Shown in pieces: positions 28,479 through 38,986 of a stretch of DNA of 64,000 nucleotides. Under the pieces are notes generated by a model. That model saw only the letters and a list, made by a program, of their open reading frames with translations. It made no database searches and had not been told where the DNA came from. A program made the translations under genes and the position numbers. How positions within the stretch are numbered: position 1 is the stretch's first letter; each line of letters begins with the position of its first letter. The DNA comes from an uncultured bacterium (lineage in GTDB: Bacteria; Desulfobacterota_D; UBA1144; Nemesobacterales; UBA2774), in the NCBI GenBank assembly GCA_963705505.1, contig CAVPJU010000006.1:96001-160000 (forward strand), read 5' to 3'.

Positions 28479-29949
28479 CTAAGACGAGCAGCTTATGATG
28501 AGTTTCCGCGCCCAGGCGGGAGCGGGCTCGGCGTAGTTATCGAACTCCGGCTGTTCGGCGAAAGGATTCCTGAGCAGAGTGTGAACGCGCTCTATTTCCG
28601 AGTAATCATTCTCATCAACTGCTTTCCTAATCGCCTGCTCGGCGATGTAATTTCTCAGAATGTATTTCGGATTAACCGAATCCATCTCTTTCTTTCGCTC
28701 CCGGTCAGTGCTTTCCTCGATTCTCAAACGCTCGGCATATAAAACCGACCACCCGTCAAACAGAGATCCGTCATTAAACACTGATGCAATGCGGTTATTA
28801 GAGTCCGGATTGTCTTTCGAGAAATCGCTCAAACGCCTGAAGAAATTCGTATAGTCTGCTCTCCCGTCTTTTAAGATCTCAAGGAGTCTCCCGACAATGT
28901 CACCGTCTCCGGCGGCGGATCTCCTTAAAACCCAGCTTCTTCCGCATAATTTGAAGATAGCTGTCTTTGTAACACTCCTTATACCCCGAAAGGATTTCCT
29001 CAGATTTGTCCGAAGCAACAAGCGGGCTCAAAGACTGGGCGAGCTTGCGGAGGTTCCAGAGCGCTATGGGAGGCTGATTGGAATATGAATACCTCCCGAA
29101 ATGGTCGGAGTGGTTCGGGACGTAATCGGGCTCATACTCCTCCATAAAGCCGAAGGGGCCATAATCGATCGTAAGCCCCAATATGGACATATTATCCGTA
29201 TTCATTACCCCGTGTGTAAATCCGGAGGCCTGCCAGAGAGCCATGAGCTTTGCCGTCCTCTCCGTAACGTCCTTGAGAAAAGCGGCGTATTTATCGTCTC
29301 CCTCTATAAGATGAGGGAAATGGTTTTCTATGACATAGTCGGCAAGGAGCCTCACATGATCGTTGCGGCCCGTGTAATAAAAAGCCTCGAAGGAGCCGAA
29401 GCGCACATGGGTTTCCGCGATCCTCAGCATCATTGCGCCTCTCTCGGAGGTTTCGCGCTCCACTCTTTCATCGCTCCCGACGATTGTGAGGGCTCGGGTC
29501 GTGGGTATCCCGAGTCCGTGCATAGCTTCGCTGCAAAGATACTCCCTGACCGCCGACCTCAGCACAGATCTCCCGTCAAAGACGCGCGCGTATCTCGTTC
29601 TGCCCGCACCCTTTAAATGGAGGTCCCGCTTCTCCCCCGCCGAGTTCCTCACCTCGCCAAGGAGAATCGCCCGTCCGTCCCCGATATCGGGATTGTAAAC
29701 GCCGAACTGATGACCCGTGTAATACATGGCGATAGGCTCCGAGCCCGGGAGCAGCTTCTTACCCGAGAAGTAATCGAGAAATTCCGGCTTATTAGCCTCC
29801 TCGGGGTCAAGGCCGATCAGTGCCGCGGCATCGGGGTTGAAGCTCACGAGGCGGGGATTCCCGAACGGGGTCGGATTCACCCGCTCGTAGAAATCTTCGG
29901 GCAGCCTTGTGTAAGTGTTGTCGAAGCTAAGCTCGTCTAATTTCCGCAT
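28479..29949 (-). CDS. selO: Protein adenylyltransferase SelO/YdiU, split by a +1 frameshift near 28910-28925
   Basis: YTGHQFG..GDGRA..LKGAG..DGRSVLRS..HGVMNTDN..IDYGPF lie in one frame; VNPKYILRNY..ISCSS lies in the next. Removing one base gives 489 aa. Confidence 0.9.
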
Positions 29950-30074
29950 TGAGTTAAGATAAAAGAAAAATAAATTTATTTTAGGGAGTTAGTATCCTTC
30001 CGGCGATCATTGTATATTTAATCCCGGCATCCGCAGAGCTTCACGTTAACATCAGGGACTGTATATAAGATTAT

Positions 30075-30362
30075 ATGAAACACAGAAAGAACAAAATAAA
30101 ACGACAGCACAGTATAATCAAAGGGCTCGGGAGCTATCTCGAAACCTATATTTCCCCGCTCGAGTTTGTAGAGTCTATTATCCCCGGAGAGATAAAGGTC
30201 GGGAAAAAACCCGGAGAAAACCTGGTCGTCCGTTACAAGTACAGCACCGTAAGCGGAGCCAAGCTCATTGCGCGGAGCGGAACATCGGTACAGGAGGTCT
30301 TTGTGGTGACGAGCGACCCGGAGGGACTAAAAGGAATTATTGAAAGCTCACAAGCCGCCTGA
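30075..30362 (+). CDS. DUF2103-like small protein
   Basis: HSIIKGL..IIPGEI..KLIARSGTSVQEVFVV pattern. Confidence 0.65.
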   Translation: MKHRKNKIKRQHSIIKGLGSYLETYISPLEFVESIIPGEIKVGKKPGENLVVRYKYSTVSGAKLIARSGTSVQEVFVVTSDPEGLKGIIESSQAA

Positions 30363-30365
30363 GCG

Positions 30366-33300
30366 TCAAACCAGCCTCAGACAATTTTTGCCCAGAAGCC
30401 TTTCTACATCGTGAATAAAGCCGTCCCTGACATCGACCCGTGCATCGCCGACCTCGATTACCGCCTCTCCGTCATCGGTAGCCAGGTGTATGTGGACCAG
30501 TGAATCACCCGGGTAATTAGAAAAGATATCTCTCAGATGAAGGAAGCTGTCCCTTCCGGAGTTCTCTCCGCCGAGGCTTATGTGCACTGTCGAGCCGTTT
30601 CTTAACGCCTTTAACGGCAGAATTTCCGTAGCTCTCATCTTGACCCTTTCCTCGCTCGGCTCCAATATCCCCTTAACTATGACAGGCTCTACTTTATCCT
30701 CGAGGAGCGGCAGCGACTTTCTCAGAAGGTCGTTGAAAATCACGACCTCGACCGAGCCCTTTAAATCCTCAAGCACCATATTGCCGAATATGCCCGAGCC
30801 GTTCTTCGTGTGCTTAACGGTGAGCGAGCGCACTACTCCGGCTACCGAGACTTCGCGCCTCTCTTTTAATTCGGCAAGCGTCTCCGTATCCGTATTCTCG
30901 ACCGATCTCGTAATTTCGGATGCATACTTCGACATAGGGTGACTCGTAACGTAGAAACCCAGCACCTCCATCTCATACGTCAGCAGCTCTTTTTCGTCCC
31001 ATTCCTGAGCTTGAGAGAGCTGAGGCAGGGAAACAGAATCGTTCAGCGCAAAAAGGGAGTGCTGCCCTTCGACGGAGCTCTTCTGCTTCAGGGAGGTGTA
31101 GTTGAGCAGGGTGTCGAGAGATTCGATAAGGCTCGCCCTCCCGATAGAGATGGAATCAAAGGCCCCGCTCTTGATGAGGCTCTCGAATGTCCTTCTGTTG
31201 AGTTTTCGCGCTTCGACGAGCTCACAGAAATTATAGATCGAATCGAACGTCCCTTTCTCCCGCCTGGCTTTTATTATCGCTTCGACCGTGCCCTCCCCCA
31301 CGTTCTTTATCGCCGAAAGGCCGAACCTGATGCTGCCGTTGTATGCGGTAAAACCGGCGAGGCTAACGTTTACATCGGGGGCGAGTACGGGAATCCCCAT
31401 CTGCTTGCATTCCGTGATGCTCGATATGACTTTATCAGTATTGCTTGATTCCACGGACATGAGCGCCGCCATGAATTCGGCCGGGTAGTGAGTTTTAAGA
31501 TACGCGGTCTGGTACGTGATCAGCGCATACGCGGCGCTGTGGCTTTTGTTGAAAGAGTACTCCGCAAATTTCTCCATCGCGTCGAATATCTCTTTGGCCT
31601 TTTTATCCTTTATACCTTTTCGTTTCGCCCCTTCGAGGAACCTTTCCCTCTGCGCCTTCATCTCTTCGGGCTTCTTCTTGCCCATTGCGCGCCTTAGGAG
31701 GTCGGCCTCGCCGAGACTGTACTCGGCGACGACGCTCGCCGTACTCATTATCTGCTCCTGATAGACGAAGAGCCCGTAAGTATCGCGGAGTATTTCCTCG
31801 AGCTCGGGGAGGGGGTACTGAGTCTTTTTCCTCCCGTGCTTGCGGTCTATGTATTCGTCCACCATACCGCTGTCGAGCGGCCCAGGCCGGTAGAGAGCCA
31901 GCACAGCGATTATGTCCTCGAATCCCGAAGGCTCGAGGTTGATCATGAGCTCTTTCATTCCGGAGGACTCTATCTGGAAGATACCGCGCGTCCTGCCGCT
32001 AGAAAGGAGACTGTAAACCGCCGGGTCGTCGAGGGGTATCTTGTTAATGTCGAACTTCGTTTCTTCCCCGTTCCCGTAATTTTCCTTTACGAGCTTAAGC
32101 GCCTTATCGATAACCGTCAGGGTCCTGAGACCCAGGAAATCGAACTTTACGAACCCGAGCTCTTCTATCGAGTTCATATCGAACTGGGTCACGACTTCGT
32201 TCTTCGAGCCCTTACAGAGAGGTATGTGATCGGCGAGGGGCTCGTTTGCGATAACGATACCGGCCGCATGTGTGGAGGAGTGCCTGACCATGTCTTCCAA
32301 AGGCTTGGCAAGCTCTATCATCTCTTTTAGCTGAGGGGAACCCTCGATGAGCTTCTTTAATTCGGATACGCTCTCGATAGCCTTCTCTATGCTGAACACC
32401 TTGCCCCTGAAGGACGGGATTAATTTGCTCACCCTATCGACGTCCGCGTAGGGTATGCCCAGGACTCTGCCCACGTCTTTGACGACGGCCTTGGCGGACA
32501 TGGTCCCGAACGTCCCTATCTGGGCTACTTTGTCCGCCCCGTATTTTTCTGTTACGTATCTTATGACTTCGTCCCTGCCCTCGGCGCAGAAGTCTATGTC
32601 TATGTCGGGCATGCTGACACGCTCGGGGTTTAAAAACCTCTCGAATATGAGGTTATAGGGGATGGGATCTATCTCGGTGATTCCGAGCGCGTACGCGGCC
32701 AGGCTCCCGGCAGCGCTGCCCCTCCCCGGACCGACCGGAATACCGTGCGACTTGGCATAGTTGATGAAATCCGAGACGACTAGGAAATAGCCCGAAAAGC
32801 CCATTTTCTGAATAATCTCTATCTCGGTCTCGAGCCTTTCCTTATAATGCCCGATCTTTTCGGCGGGAATGGCGTTCTCTTTAAGCCTTTCGTCTAATTT
32901 TTCTCTTGCGAGCACGGCAAGGTATTCGTCAAGCGATATGCCCCCTTCGGCCTCGAAAACGGGGAGCTTGTAACCGTTCCTCTCGAACTCGAAATTGCAC
33001 CTCTTCGCAATCTCGGACGTCATTTTAATCGCGTCCTCAAACCCCTCGAGGTCCTTCATCATCTCGCCTTCGGATTTGAGGTAATACTGGTCGCCCTGGA
33101 ACTTGAACCTGTTCTCGTCCTGAAGCGACGACCCCGTCTGTATGCAGAGAAGCGCGTCATGGGGTCTCGAATCCTCGCGCCGCAAGAAATGACAGTCGTT
33201 GGTCGCCACGATGGGTATGCCGAGCTTTTCCCCTATCTCTCTTATCTTTTTGTTGACTCTCTTCTGCTCGGGCAGGCCCGTAGCCTGAACTTCGAGATAG

Positions 33301-33806
33301 TACCTGTCGCCGAAAATTTCCCTGTACATCGCGGCTACGTTCAATGCCGCTTTCATGTCCTTGCTGAAGATCGCCTTCGAAAGCTCGCTGTTGAGACAGC
33401 CGCTCAACACGATGAGCCCTTCGTTGTGCTTGTCCAGAAGCCCGTGGTCCACTCTCGGCCGCCTGTAGAACCCGTCGAAGTAAGCCTTCGTCACGAGCCT
33501 CGAAAGGTTCTGATAACCGGTCCAGTTCATAGATAAAACCGTGAGATGATGGGTCTTGCCCTCCGAAGGGTTATCCGGGTTGATTTTGGCCGTAACGTAG
33601 AGCTCGCACCCTATGATGGGCTTAATGCCGGATTCCTTGGCTTTTTTATAAAACTCGTATGCGCCGAAGAGGTTCCCGTGGTCGGTGAGAGCGACAGCCT
33701 CCATGCCGAATTCCTTGGCTAAAGGGAAAAGGTCTTCGAATTTTATCGCGCCGTCAAGCAGTGAATATTGTGAATGGAGGTGAAGATGGACAAAACTGTT
33801 AGACAT
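30366..33806 (-). CDS. dnaE: DNA polymerase III alpha subunit
   Basis: FVHLHLHSQYSLLDG (PHP domain), GPGRGSAAGS, ERVSMPDIDIDF and FNKSHS motifs; no intein visible. Confidence 0.98.
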   Translation of the reverse strand: MSNSFVHLHLHSQYSLLDGAIKFEDLFPLAKEFGMEAVALTDHGNLFGAYEFYKKAKESGIKPIIGCELYVTAKINPDNPSEGKTHHLTVLSMNWTGYQNLSRLVTKAYFDGFYRRPRVDHGLLDKHNEGLIVLSGCLNSELSKAIFSKDMKAALNVAAMYREIFGDRYYLEVQATGLPEQKRVNKKIREIGEKLGIPIVATNDCHFLRREDSRPHDALLCIQTGSSLQDENRFKFQGDQYYLKSEGEMMKDLEGFEDAIKMTSEIAKRCNFEFERNGYKLPVFEAEGGISLDEYLAVLAREKLDERLKENAIPAEKIGHYKERLETEIEIIQKMGFSGYFLVVSDFINYAKSHGIPVGPGRGSAAGSLAAYALGITEIDPIPYNLIFERFLNPERVSMPDIDIDFCAEGRDEVIRYVTEKYGADKVAQIGTFGTMSAKAVVKDVGRVLGIPYADVDRVSKLIPSFRGKVFSIEKAIESVSELKKLIEGSPQLKEMIELAKPLEDMVRHSSTHAAGIVIANEPLADHIPLCKGSKNEVVTQFDMNSIEELGFVKFDFLGLRTLTVIDKALKLVKENYGNGEETKFDINKIPLDDPAVYSLLSSGRTRGIFQIESSGMKELMINLEPSGFEDIIAVLALYRPGPLDSGMVDEYIDRKHGRKKTQYPLPELEEILRDTYGLFVYQEQIMSTASVVAEYSLGEADLLRRAMGKKKPEEMKAQRERFLEGAKRKGIKDKKAKEIFDAMEKFAEYSFNKSHSAAYALITYQTAYLKTHYPAEFMAALMSVESSNTDKVISSITECKQMGIPVLAPDVNVSLAGFTAYNGSIRFGLSAIKNVGEGTVEAIIKARREKGTFDSIYNFCELVEARKLNRRTFESLIKSGAFDSISIGRASLIESLDTLLNYTSLKQKSSVEGQHSLFALNDSVSLPQLSQAQEWDEKELLTYEMEVLGFYVTSHPMSKYASEITRSVENTDTETLAELKERREVSVAGVVRSLTVKHTKNGSGIFGNMVLEDLKGSVEVVIFNDLLRKSLPLLEDKVEPVIVKGILEPSEERVKMRATEILPLKALRNGSTVHISLGGENSGRDSFLHLRDIFSNYPGDSLVHIHLATDDGEAVIEVGDARVDVRDGFIHDVERLLGKNCLRLV

Positions 33807-34074
33807 CAGTTTTTATTATATCCAAGAAGATTCGGGCACGGCAAGAGCCTTGAAAACATCATTTGTTTCATAGAGGTTAGAGGGGAGAAAATCGAGCATT
33901 CCAGTGCGGAGGAAAGTATACCGAAGCGGCGGTATATTGAAAAGAATTCCCTGAAAAGTATATTAACGTTGAATACAACTACAACAAAAGAGAAATTTTT
34001 TTTGATAACTGCATCTTATTCCGCAGAGTGATCGATTATTTTTCTAAGGTGCAGTCAAGGAGGCTTTAAATATA

Positions 34075-35448
34075 ATGGAAGAAATTCTTTCCGCTTTTAA
34101 CAGCATACCCGGCCCGTATTCGGACCTGGTAGCGGTAGGCGTGATCTTTTTGATTCTCCTTCTTATTGCACTCATTATTACGTTTCTATTCGAGGAGAAG
34201 CCGAAAAAAGAGGCCGGAAAACCCGAGCCAGAAAAGCCCGCCTATGAAGAGGCGGAGAAAATATTGAAAGCGCCCGATCTGGAGGTGTTTAAGGCACCCT
34301 CCGTAGAGGAAACACCGCCCTCGGTCTTTGAAGCCCCGACTGGAGGCGTAGAAATCCGGCAACCACTAGAGCTTGAAACGGCGGCTGTCGAAACGGAAGA
34401 AATCGAGGCGCCGGAAGCTCGTGAACTAAAGGCGGAGCCTGAACAACCCCCGGCAGAGGCTAAGAAACAAGAGGCTGCAATCGAGACTGCCCCTGTAGAA
34501 GAAATCGAGGAAACGAAAGAAGGGCTATTCGCGAGGCTCCGGAAGGGGTTATCCAAGACACACACGGGGCTTTTCGGCAGGCTCAGCGAAGTGCTGTCAA
34601 AGAGGGAAATAGACGAAGGCGTATGGGACGATTTTGAAGAAACGCTCATAATGGCGGATATAGGGGTCGGCACGACGATGAAGTTGAGGGAGAGGATCGA
34701 GGCCGGGGTCGGGAAGAAATCGCTCAGGGACGGAGACGCGATAACAGAGGCGCTCAAGGAGGAAATCCTGAGGATTCTGAAATCCGCACAGGGGAATCCT
34801 ATAAGCATCACCGCGAAACCGTTCGTGATAATGGTAGCGGGAGTGAACGGGGTCGGGAAAACGACTACGATCGGAAAGCTCGCCAATAAACTTAAAAAAG
34901 AACATATGAGCGTCATGGTTGCTGCGGGGGATACGTTCAGGGCGGCCGCCATGGAGCAGCTCGAAGTCTGGTCCAAAAGAGTGGGATCGGACTTCATCAA
35001 GGGACAGAGCGGCGCAGACCCCTCTTCGGTCGCATTCGACGCTATAAAAGCGGCTTCCGCGCGGGGGACAGACGTGCTGATCATAGACACAGCCGGCAGG
35101 CTCCACACGAAGGAAAACCTTATGGAAGAAATAAAAAAAATGAAAAGGATAATATCGCGCGAGCTGGAGAACGCCCCGCATGAAACACTGCTTGTACTCG
35201 ACGCGACCACGGGCCAGAACGCAGTCCAGCAGGCGAAGATGTTCAACGAAGCCCTCGACGTCACGGGAATCGTGCTTACGAAGCTCGACGGTACCGCGAA
35301 AGGGGGCGTGATCGTCGCGATTGCGGACGAGCTGAATATCCCCGTCAAATATATCGGGATCGGCGAGAGCCTGAGCGACCTCAGGGAATTCAATGCCGAG
35401 GAATTCGTCGAAGCCCTGTTCTATTCGGGGGATGAAATAAAACATTGA
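34075..35448 (+). CDS. ftsY: Signal recognition particle receptor FtsY with N-terminal TM helix and acidic linker
   Basis: GVNGVGKTTTIGKLA, DTFRAAA, DTAGR and TKLDGTAKGG motifs. Confidence 0.97.
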   Translation: MEEILSAFNSIPGPYSDLVAVGVIFLILLLIALIITFLFEEKPKKEAGKPEPEKPAYEEAEKILKAPDLEVFKAPSVEETPPSVFEAPTGGVEIRQPLELETAAVETEEIEAPEARELKAEPEQPPAEAKKQEAAIETAPVEEIEETKEGLFARLRKGLSKTHTGLFGRLSEVLSKREIDEGVWDDFEETLIMADIGVGTTMKLRERIEAGVGKKSLRDGDAITEALKEEILRILKSAQGNPISITAKPFVIMVAGVNGVGKTTTIGKLANKLKKEHMSVMVAAGDTFRAAAMEQLEVWSKRVGSDFIKGQSGADPSSVAFDAIKAASARGTDVLIIDTAGRLHTKENLMEEIKKMKRIISRELENAPHETLLVLDATTGQNAVQQAKMFNEALDVTGIVLTKLDGTAKGGVIVAIADELNIPVKYIGIGESLSDLREFNAEEFVEALFYSGDEIKH

Positions 35449-35498
35449 CATACCCCGGGGATTACTAGTAAAAATAATTATTGTTGTCTCCCGTTATT

Positions 35499-36611
35499 AT
35501 GAATAAGGACCCGCACGAAAAATACATGTCTCTCGCCATAAGCCTCGCGAAAAGGGCCGAGGGCATGACGAGCCCCAACCCCCTTGTGGGGGCGGTGCTT
35601 GTGAAGAAGGGGAAGATCATAGGGAAGGGATACCATAAGAAGGCCGGGCTCCCGCACGCGGAGATAGAGGCATTCAACGATGCGGAGAGAAAAAAACACG
35701 GCGTCAGGGGCTCCACTCTTTACGTATCGCTAGAACCCTGCTGTCACACCGAGAAAAAGACCCCGCCCTGCACCGACGCGATAATCGGAAAGGGGATTAA
35801 GGAAGTCATCGTCGGCTCGCTCGACCCCAACCCTAAGGTGAGCGGGAACGGGGTAAAAACACTGAGACATAAGGGCATAGAGGTCAGGACGGGCGTGCTA
35901 GGGGAGAAGGCCCGGGAACTGAACGAGGCGTTCAACAAATACATCGCGACCGGCACGCCGTTTGTAACGCTCAAGCTCGCGGCCACGATGGACGGGAAGA
36001 TCGCGACGCGTACGGGGGACTCGAAGTGGATCGGGAGCGAGGAGCAGAGAAAGATAGCTCATAGACTGAGAAACAGTGCTGACGCGGTCATGGTCGGGAT
36101 AGGTACTCTGCTCAAGGACGACCCCAGCTTGAACGTGAGGCTATATAAGAACACCGGCAGACAGCCTGTGCCGATAGTGCTCGACAGGAGACTGAGGACG
36201 CCGGTTAAATCCAATATATTCTCAGTTCACGAAAAAGTAATAATAATCACCGGCAAATCACACGATCAGGCGAAGAGGAAGAGGCTCGAAAGCAAGGGGG
36301 CAAAGGTCATCGAAGTAAGGCTCGGGAGGGACGGGCTCCTAGACTTGAGGGAACTCGTCTCCGTGCTCGGAAAAAATGAAATCACAAGCGTCCTTATCGA
36401 AGGCGGGAGCAGCACGGCTGCGGAGGCTTTTAAGAGCGGAATAGTGGACAAGGTGGTGTTTTTTTATGCGCCCAGGCTTATAGGAGCCGACGGCTTAAGC
36501 ATGGTGGGGAAGCTCGGCATCTCGGCCATAAAAGACTCTTTACGGATTAGCAGGGTGAAAATAAAGAAAATGGGCGACGAATTCATGATAGAAGGCTATA
36601 TCATTAAATAA
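35499..36611 (+). CDS. ribD: Riboflavin biosynthesis deaminase/reductase RibD
   Basis: PNPLVGAV, HAE, LEPCCH, DGKIA and IEGG motifs. Confidence 0.96.
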   Translation: MNKDPHEKYMSLAISLAKRAEGMTSPNPLVGAVLVKKGKIIGKGYHKKAGLPHAEIEAFNDAERKKHGVRGSTLYVSLEPCCHTEKKTPPCTDAIIGKGIKEVIVGSLDPNPKVSGNGVKTLRHKGIEVRTGVLGEKARELNEAFNKYIATGTPFVTLKLAATMDGKIATRTGDSKWIGSEEQRKIAHRLRNSADAVMVGIGTLLKDDPSLNVRLYKNTGRQPVPIVLDRRLRTPVKSNIFSVHEKVIIITGKSHDQAKRKRLESKGAKVIEVRLGRDGLLDLRELVSVLGKNEITSVLIEGGSSTAAEAFKSGIVDKVVFFYAPRLIGADGLSMVGKLGISAIKDSLRISRVKIKKMGDEFMIEGYIIK

Positions 36612-36645
36612 AAGCGAAAAAGAGATGATATGCTTTCCTTAGACA

Positions 36646-37323
36646 ATGGATAATAACAATAAAGAGAGAGCGGGCTTGTTCGGAGGGACATTTGACCCCG
36701 TACATCTGGGCCACCTGCGGGCGGCGGAGGAAATAAGGGAGGAGCTATCGCTTAACAGGATATTTTTCATTCCGGCGGCTATCCCCCCTCATAAAGACGA
36801 AACTCACATCACCCCTTCTCATCACAGGCTCGAAATGCTTAAGCTCGCCGTGAGAGAAAACCCCCACTTTGAAATATGCGATTATGAATTGAAGAAAAAA
36901 TCCACTTCCTATACCGTGGACACGCTCAGGTATCTGAATACGGCCTATCCTGGTTCCGAATTTTATTTCATCGTAGGCAACGAGCTTTTCTCGGAAATAG
37001 AGACGTGGAAGGAATATAAAGAGCTGTTTAAACTTTCTAATTTCGCCGTGATCACGAGACCGGGTTACACGGACGAATGCAGCACAAAACTCCCGCTTGC
37101 CCTCAAAAACGATTTTAGTTATTATAAAGAAACAGAAAACGTGATACTTTACAAAGATCAAAACTCCAAATTTATTGCTTTTACCAAGATCCGGGGCCTG
37201 GAAATATCCTCTACAGAAATAAGGCGTTACGTAAATTGCGGAAGGTCGGTTAAGTACCTCGTCCCGTCCGCGGTCGAAGAGTACATACTCCAAAATAACA
37301 TATACCCAGAGGAGGAATCCTGA
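36646..37323 (+). CDS. nadD: Nicotinate-nucleotide adenylyltransferase
   Basis: GGTFDPVHLGH, PPHK, SYTVDT and ISSTEIR motifs. Confidence 0.95.
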   Translation: MDNNNKERAGLFGGTFDPVHLGHLRAAEEIREELSLNRIFFIPAAIPPHKDETHITPSHHRLEMLKLAVRENPHFEICDYELKKKSTSYTVDTLRYLNTAYPGSEFYFIVGNELFSEIETWKEYKELFKLSNFAVITRPGYTDECSTKLPLALKNDFSYYKETENVILYKDQNSKFIAFTKIRGLEISSTEIRRYVNCGRSVKYLVPSAVEEYILQNNIYPEEES

Positions 37324-37721
37324 TAAACTCCAAAAAGAAAGCAATCTCCATAGCTCACGCGGCATGGGACAAAAAAGCGGAAAACCCAGTGCTGCTGGAT
37401 GTCGGATCCACAAGCGATGTGACAGATTATTTTCTGATCTGCAGTGCCAATTCAACAAGAGGCGTAAAGACCATCGTCGATAATATCAAAAAAACGCTCG
37501 AGGAGTCAGGGGAAAAGGTAATCGGCATAGAGGGTTACTCCGAGGGGAACTGGGTTCTTATCGATTCGGCGGACGTAGTCGCCCATGTCTTTTACGAGCC
37601 GTACAGAAAATTCTACGATATAGAGAGCCTGTGGATAGACGCTCCGCGCGTAAAAATATCTTTCGAAAAACAACTCCGGAAAAAATCAGACGAGTACGAG
37701 AAAATGCAGGCGGCTGACTGA
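37320..37721 (+). CDS. rsfS: Ribosome silencing factor RsfS (non-canonical start)
   Basis: AAWDKKAEN..DYFLICSANS..WVLID..DVVAHVF..RKFYDIESLW; nadD-rsfS gene order. Confidence 0.92.
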   Translation: MINSKKKAISIAHAAWDKKAENPVLLDVGSTSDVTDYFLICSANSTRGVKTIVDNIKKTLEESGEKVIGIEGYSEGNWVLIDSADVVAHVFYEPYRKFYDIESLWIDAPRVKISFEKQLRKKSDEYEKMQAAD

Positions 37722-37873
37722 AGCTGCCGTTTATGAAGTAAATCCGGTTCAAAAAAAAGAAAAAAACAGTGTCTCGGAATTAAGGCTAAATATTATGTAA
37801 TCTCGGGGGCAATCTTTCCCCTTCTTAAATATCCGGCTGCCGATTCCCTTTCAGCCGTATCAGCCCCTCACCG

Positions 37874-38947
37874 CTATTGGCCTTCTTTGAATCCCCGTCT
37901 TCTGATAAATGCGGGTATTTCGAACTCGTCCTCTCCGATGTCCGTAGGGAGCTTGGTCACTAATTTCTTTATGTTCTGACTCTTTATACTGTGTATGCCG
38001 GTCGCTATTACGGTAAGCTGGACCGATTCCTTGAATTCGGGATTGAATACCAGACCGAATATAAGGTTCACGTCCTCGTGAGCGCGGTCCTTTATGTAGT
38101 TGCAGGCTTCGTTAAGCTCTTCGATTCCGAAGTCAGGAGAGGCGGTTACATTGAGGAGGATACCCGTCGCCCCGTCTATTGATATGTCTTCCAGAAGAGG
38201 ACTCGTTATTGCGGCTTCGGCTGCCTCTATAGCCCTGTTGCTGCCCTCCGCGTACCCGGTGCCCATGAGGGCCTTGCCGCCGTTCTCTCCCATGATGCTC
38301 TTGACGTCGGCAAAATCGACGTTGATATAGCCTGTCCCCGTAATTATGTCCGAAATGCCGCGGACGGCCTGGTGAAGAACCTCGTCCGCTCTCTTAAAAG
38401 CGTCGAGGATCGTGATCTTATGCACTTCGGTCAGACGGTCGTTCGGAATCACGATGAGAGTGTCCACTTCCTTCTCCAGACTTTCAATGCCCTCGAGCGC
38501 CTGCTTGTTTCTCTTGGGCCCTTCAAAACCGAAAGGTCTTGTAACAACGCCGACCGTGAGAGCACCCATGTCCTTGGAAACCTGGGCGATGATAGGCGAA
38601 GCTCCGGTCCCGGTGCCTCCGCCCATTCCCGCGGTGATGAACACCATATCTGCGCCTTCCAGGGCTTCGGCGATCTTTGCCTGATCCTCGATCGCGGCCT
38701 CCCTCCCTAAAGTCGGATTCCCGCCTGAACCGAGACCTTTGGTAGTCCTGCTGCCGATCTGAATTTTTATGGATGCTAATGATTTTCTCAGGTCCTGCGC
38801 ATCGGTGTTAGCCACGACGAAATCGACACCGTGCAGTCCCTTTTCTATCATGGCGTTTATCGCGTTGCCGCCCGCACCGCCGGCCCCGATAACTTTTATT
38901 CTCGCCTTTTGTTCTATACCAGTGTCTTCGAGCTCGAAGTTTGCCAT
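37874..38947 (-). CDS. ftsZ: Cell division protein FtsZ
   Basis: GAGGAGGN, GMGGGTGTG, INVDFADV and C-terminal EIPAFIRR motifs. Confidence 0.98.
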   Translation of the reverse strand: MANFELEDTGIEQKARIKVIGAGGAGGNAINAMIEKGLHGVDFVVANTDAQDLRKSLASIKIQIGSRTTKGLGSGGNPTLGREAAIEDQAKIAEALEGADMVFITAGMGGGTGTGASPIIAQVSKDMGALTVGVVTRPFGFEGPKRNKQALEGIESLEKEVDTLIVIPNDRLTEVHKITILDAFKRADEVLHQAVRGISDIITGTGYINVDFADVKSIMGENGGKALMGTGYAEGSNRAIEAAEAAITSPLLEDISIDGATGILLNVTASPDFGIEELNEACNYIKDRAHEDVNLIFGLVFNPEFKESVQLTVIATGIHSIKSQNIKKLVTKLPTDIGEDEFEIPAFIRRRGFKEGQ

Positions 38948-38986
38948 ATTTAACACCCTCCTCCAGTAGCTTTAGTTCATTTTAAC

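Noticed and set aside
28479..28495. Selenocysteine in the SelO C-terminus
   Set aside because: The protein ends in SCSS followed by TAG, with no in-frame TGA.
34242..35393. Long antisense ORFs (383 aa opposite ftsY; also 3302-4543 opposite tkt, 48142-49038 opposite murF, 58235-59092 opposite recJ)
   Set aside because: They lie opposite well-conserved genes, show no recognisable motifs, and are expected from codon bias.
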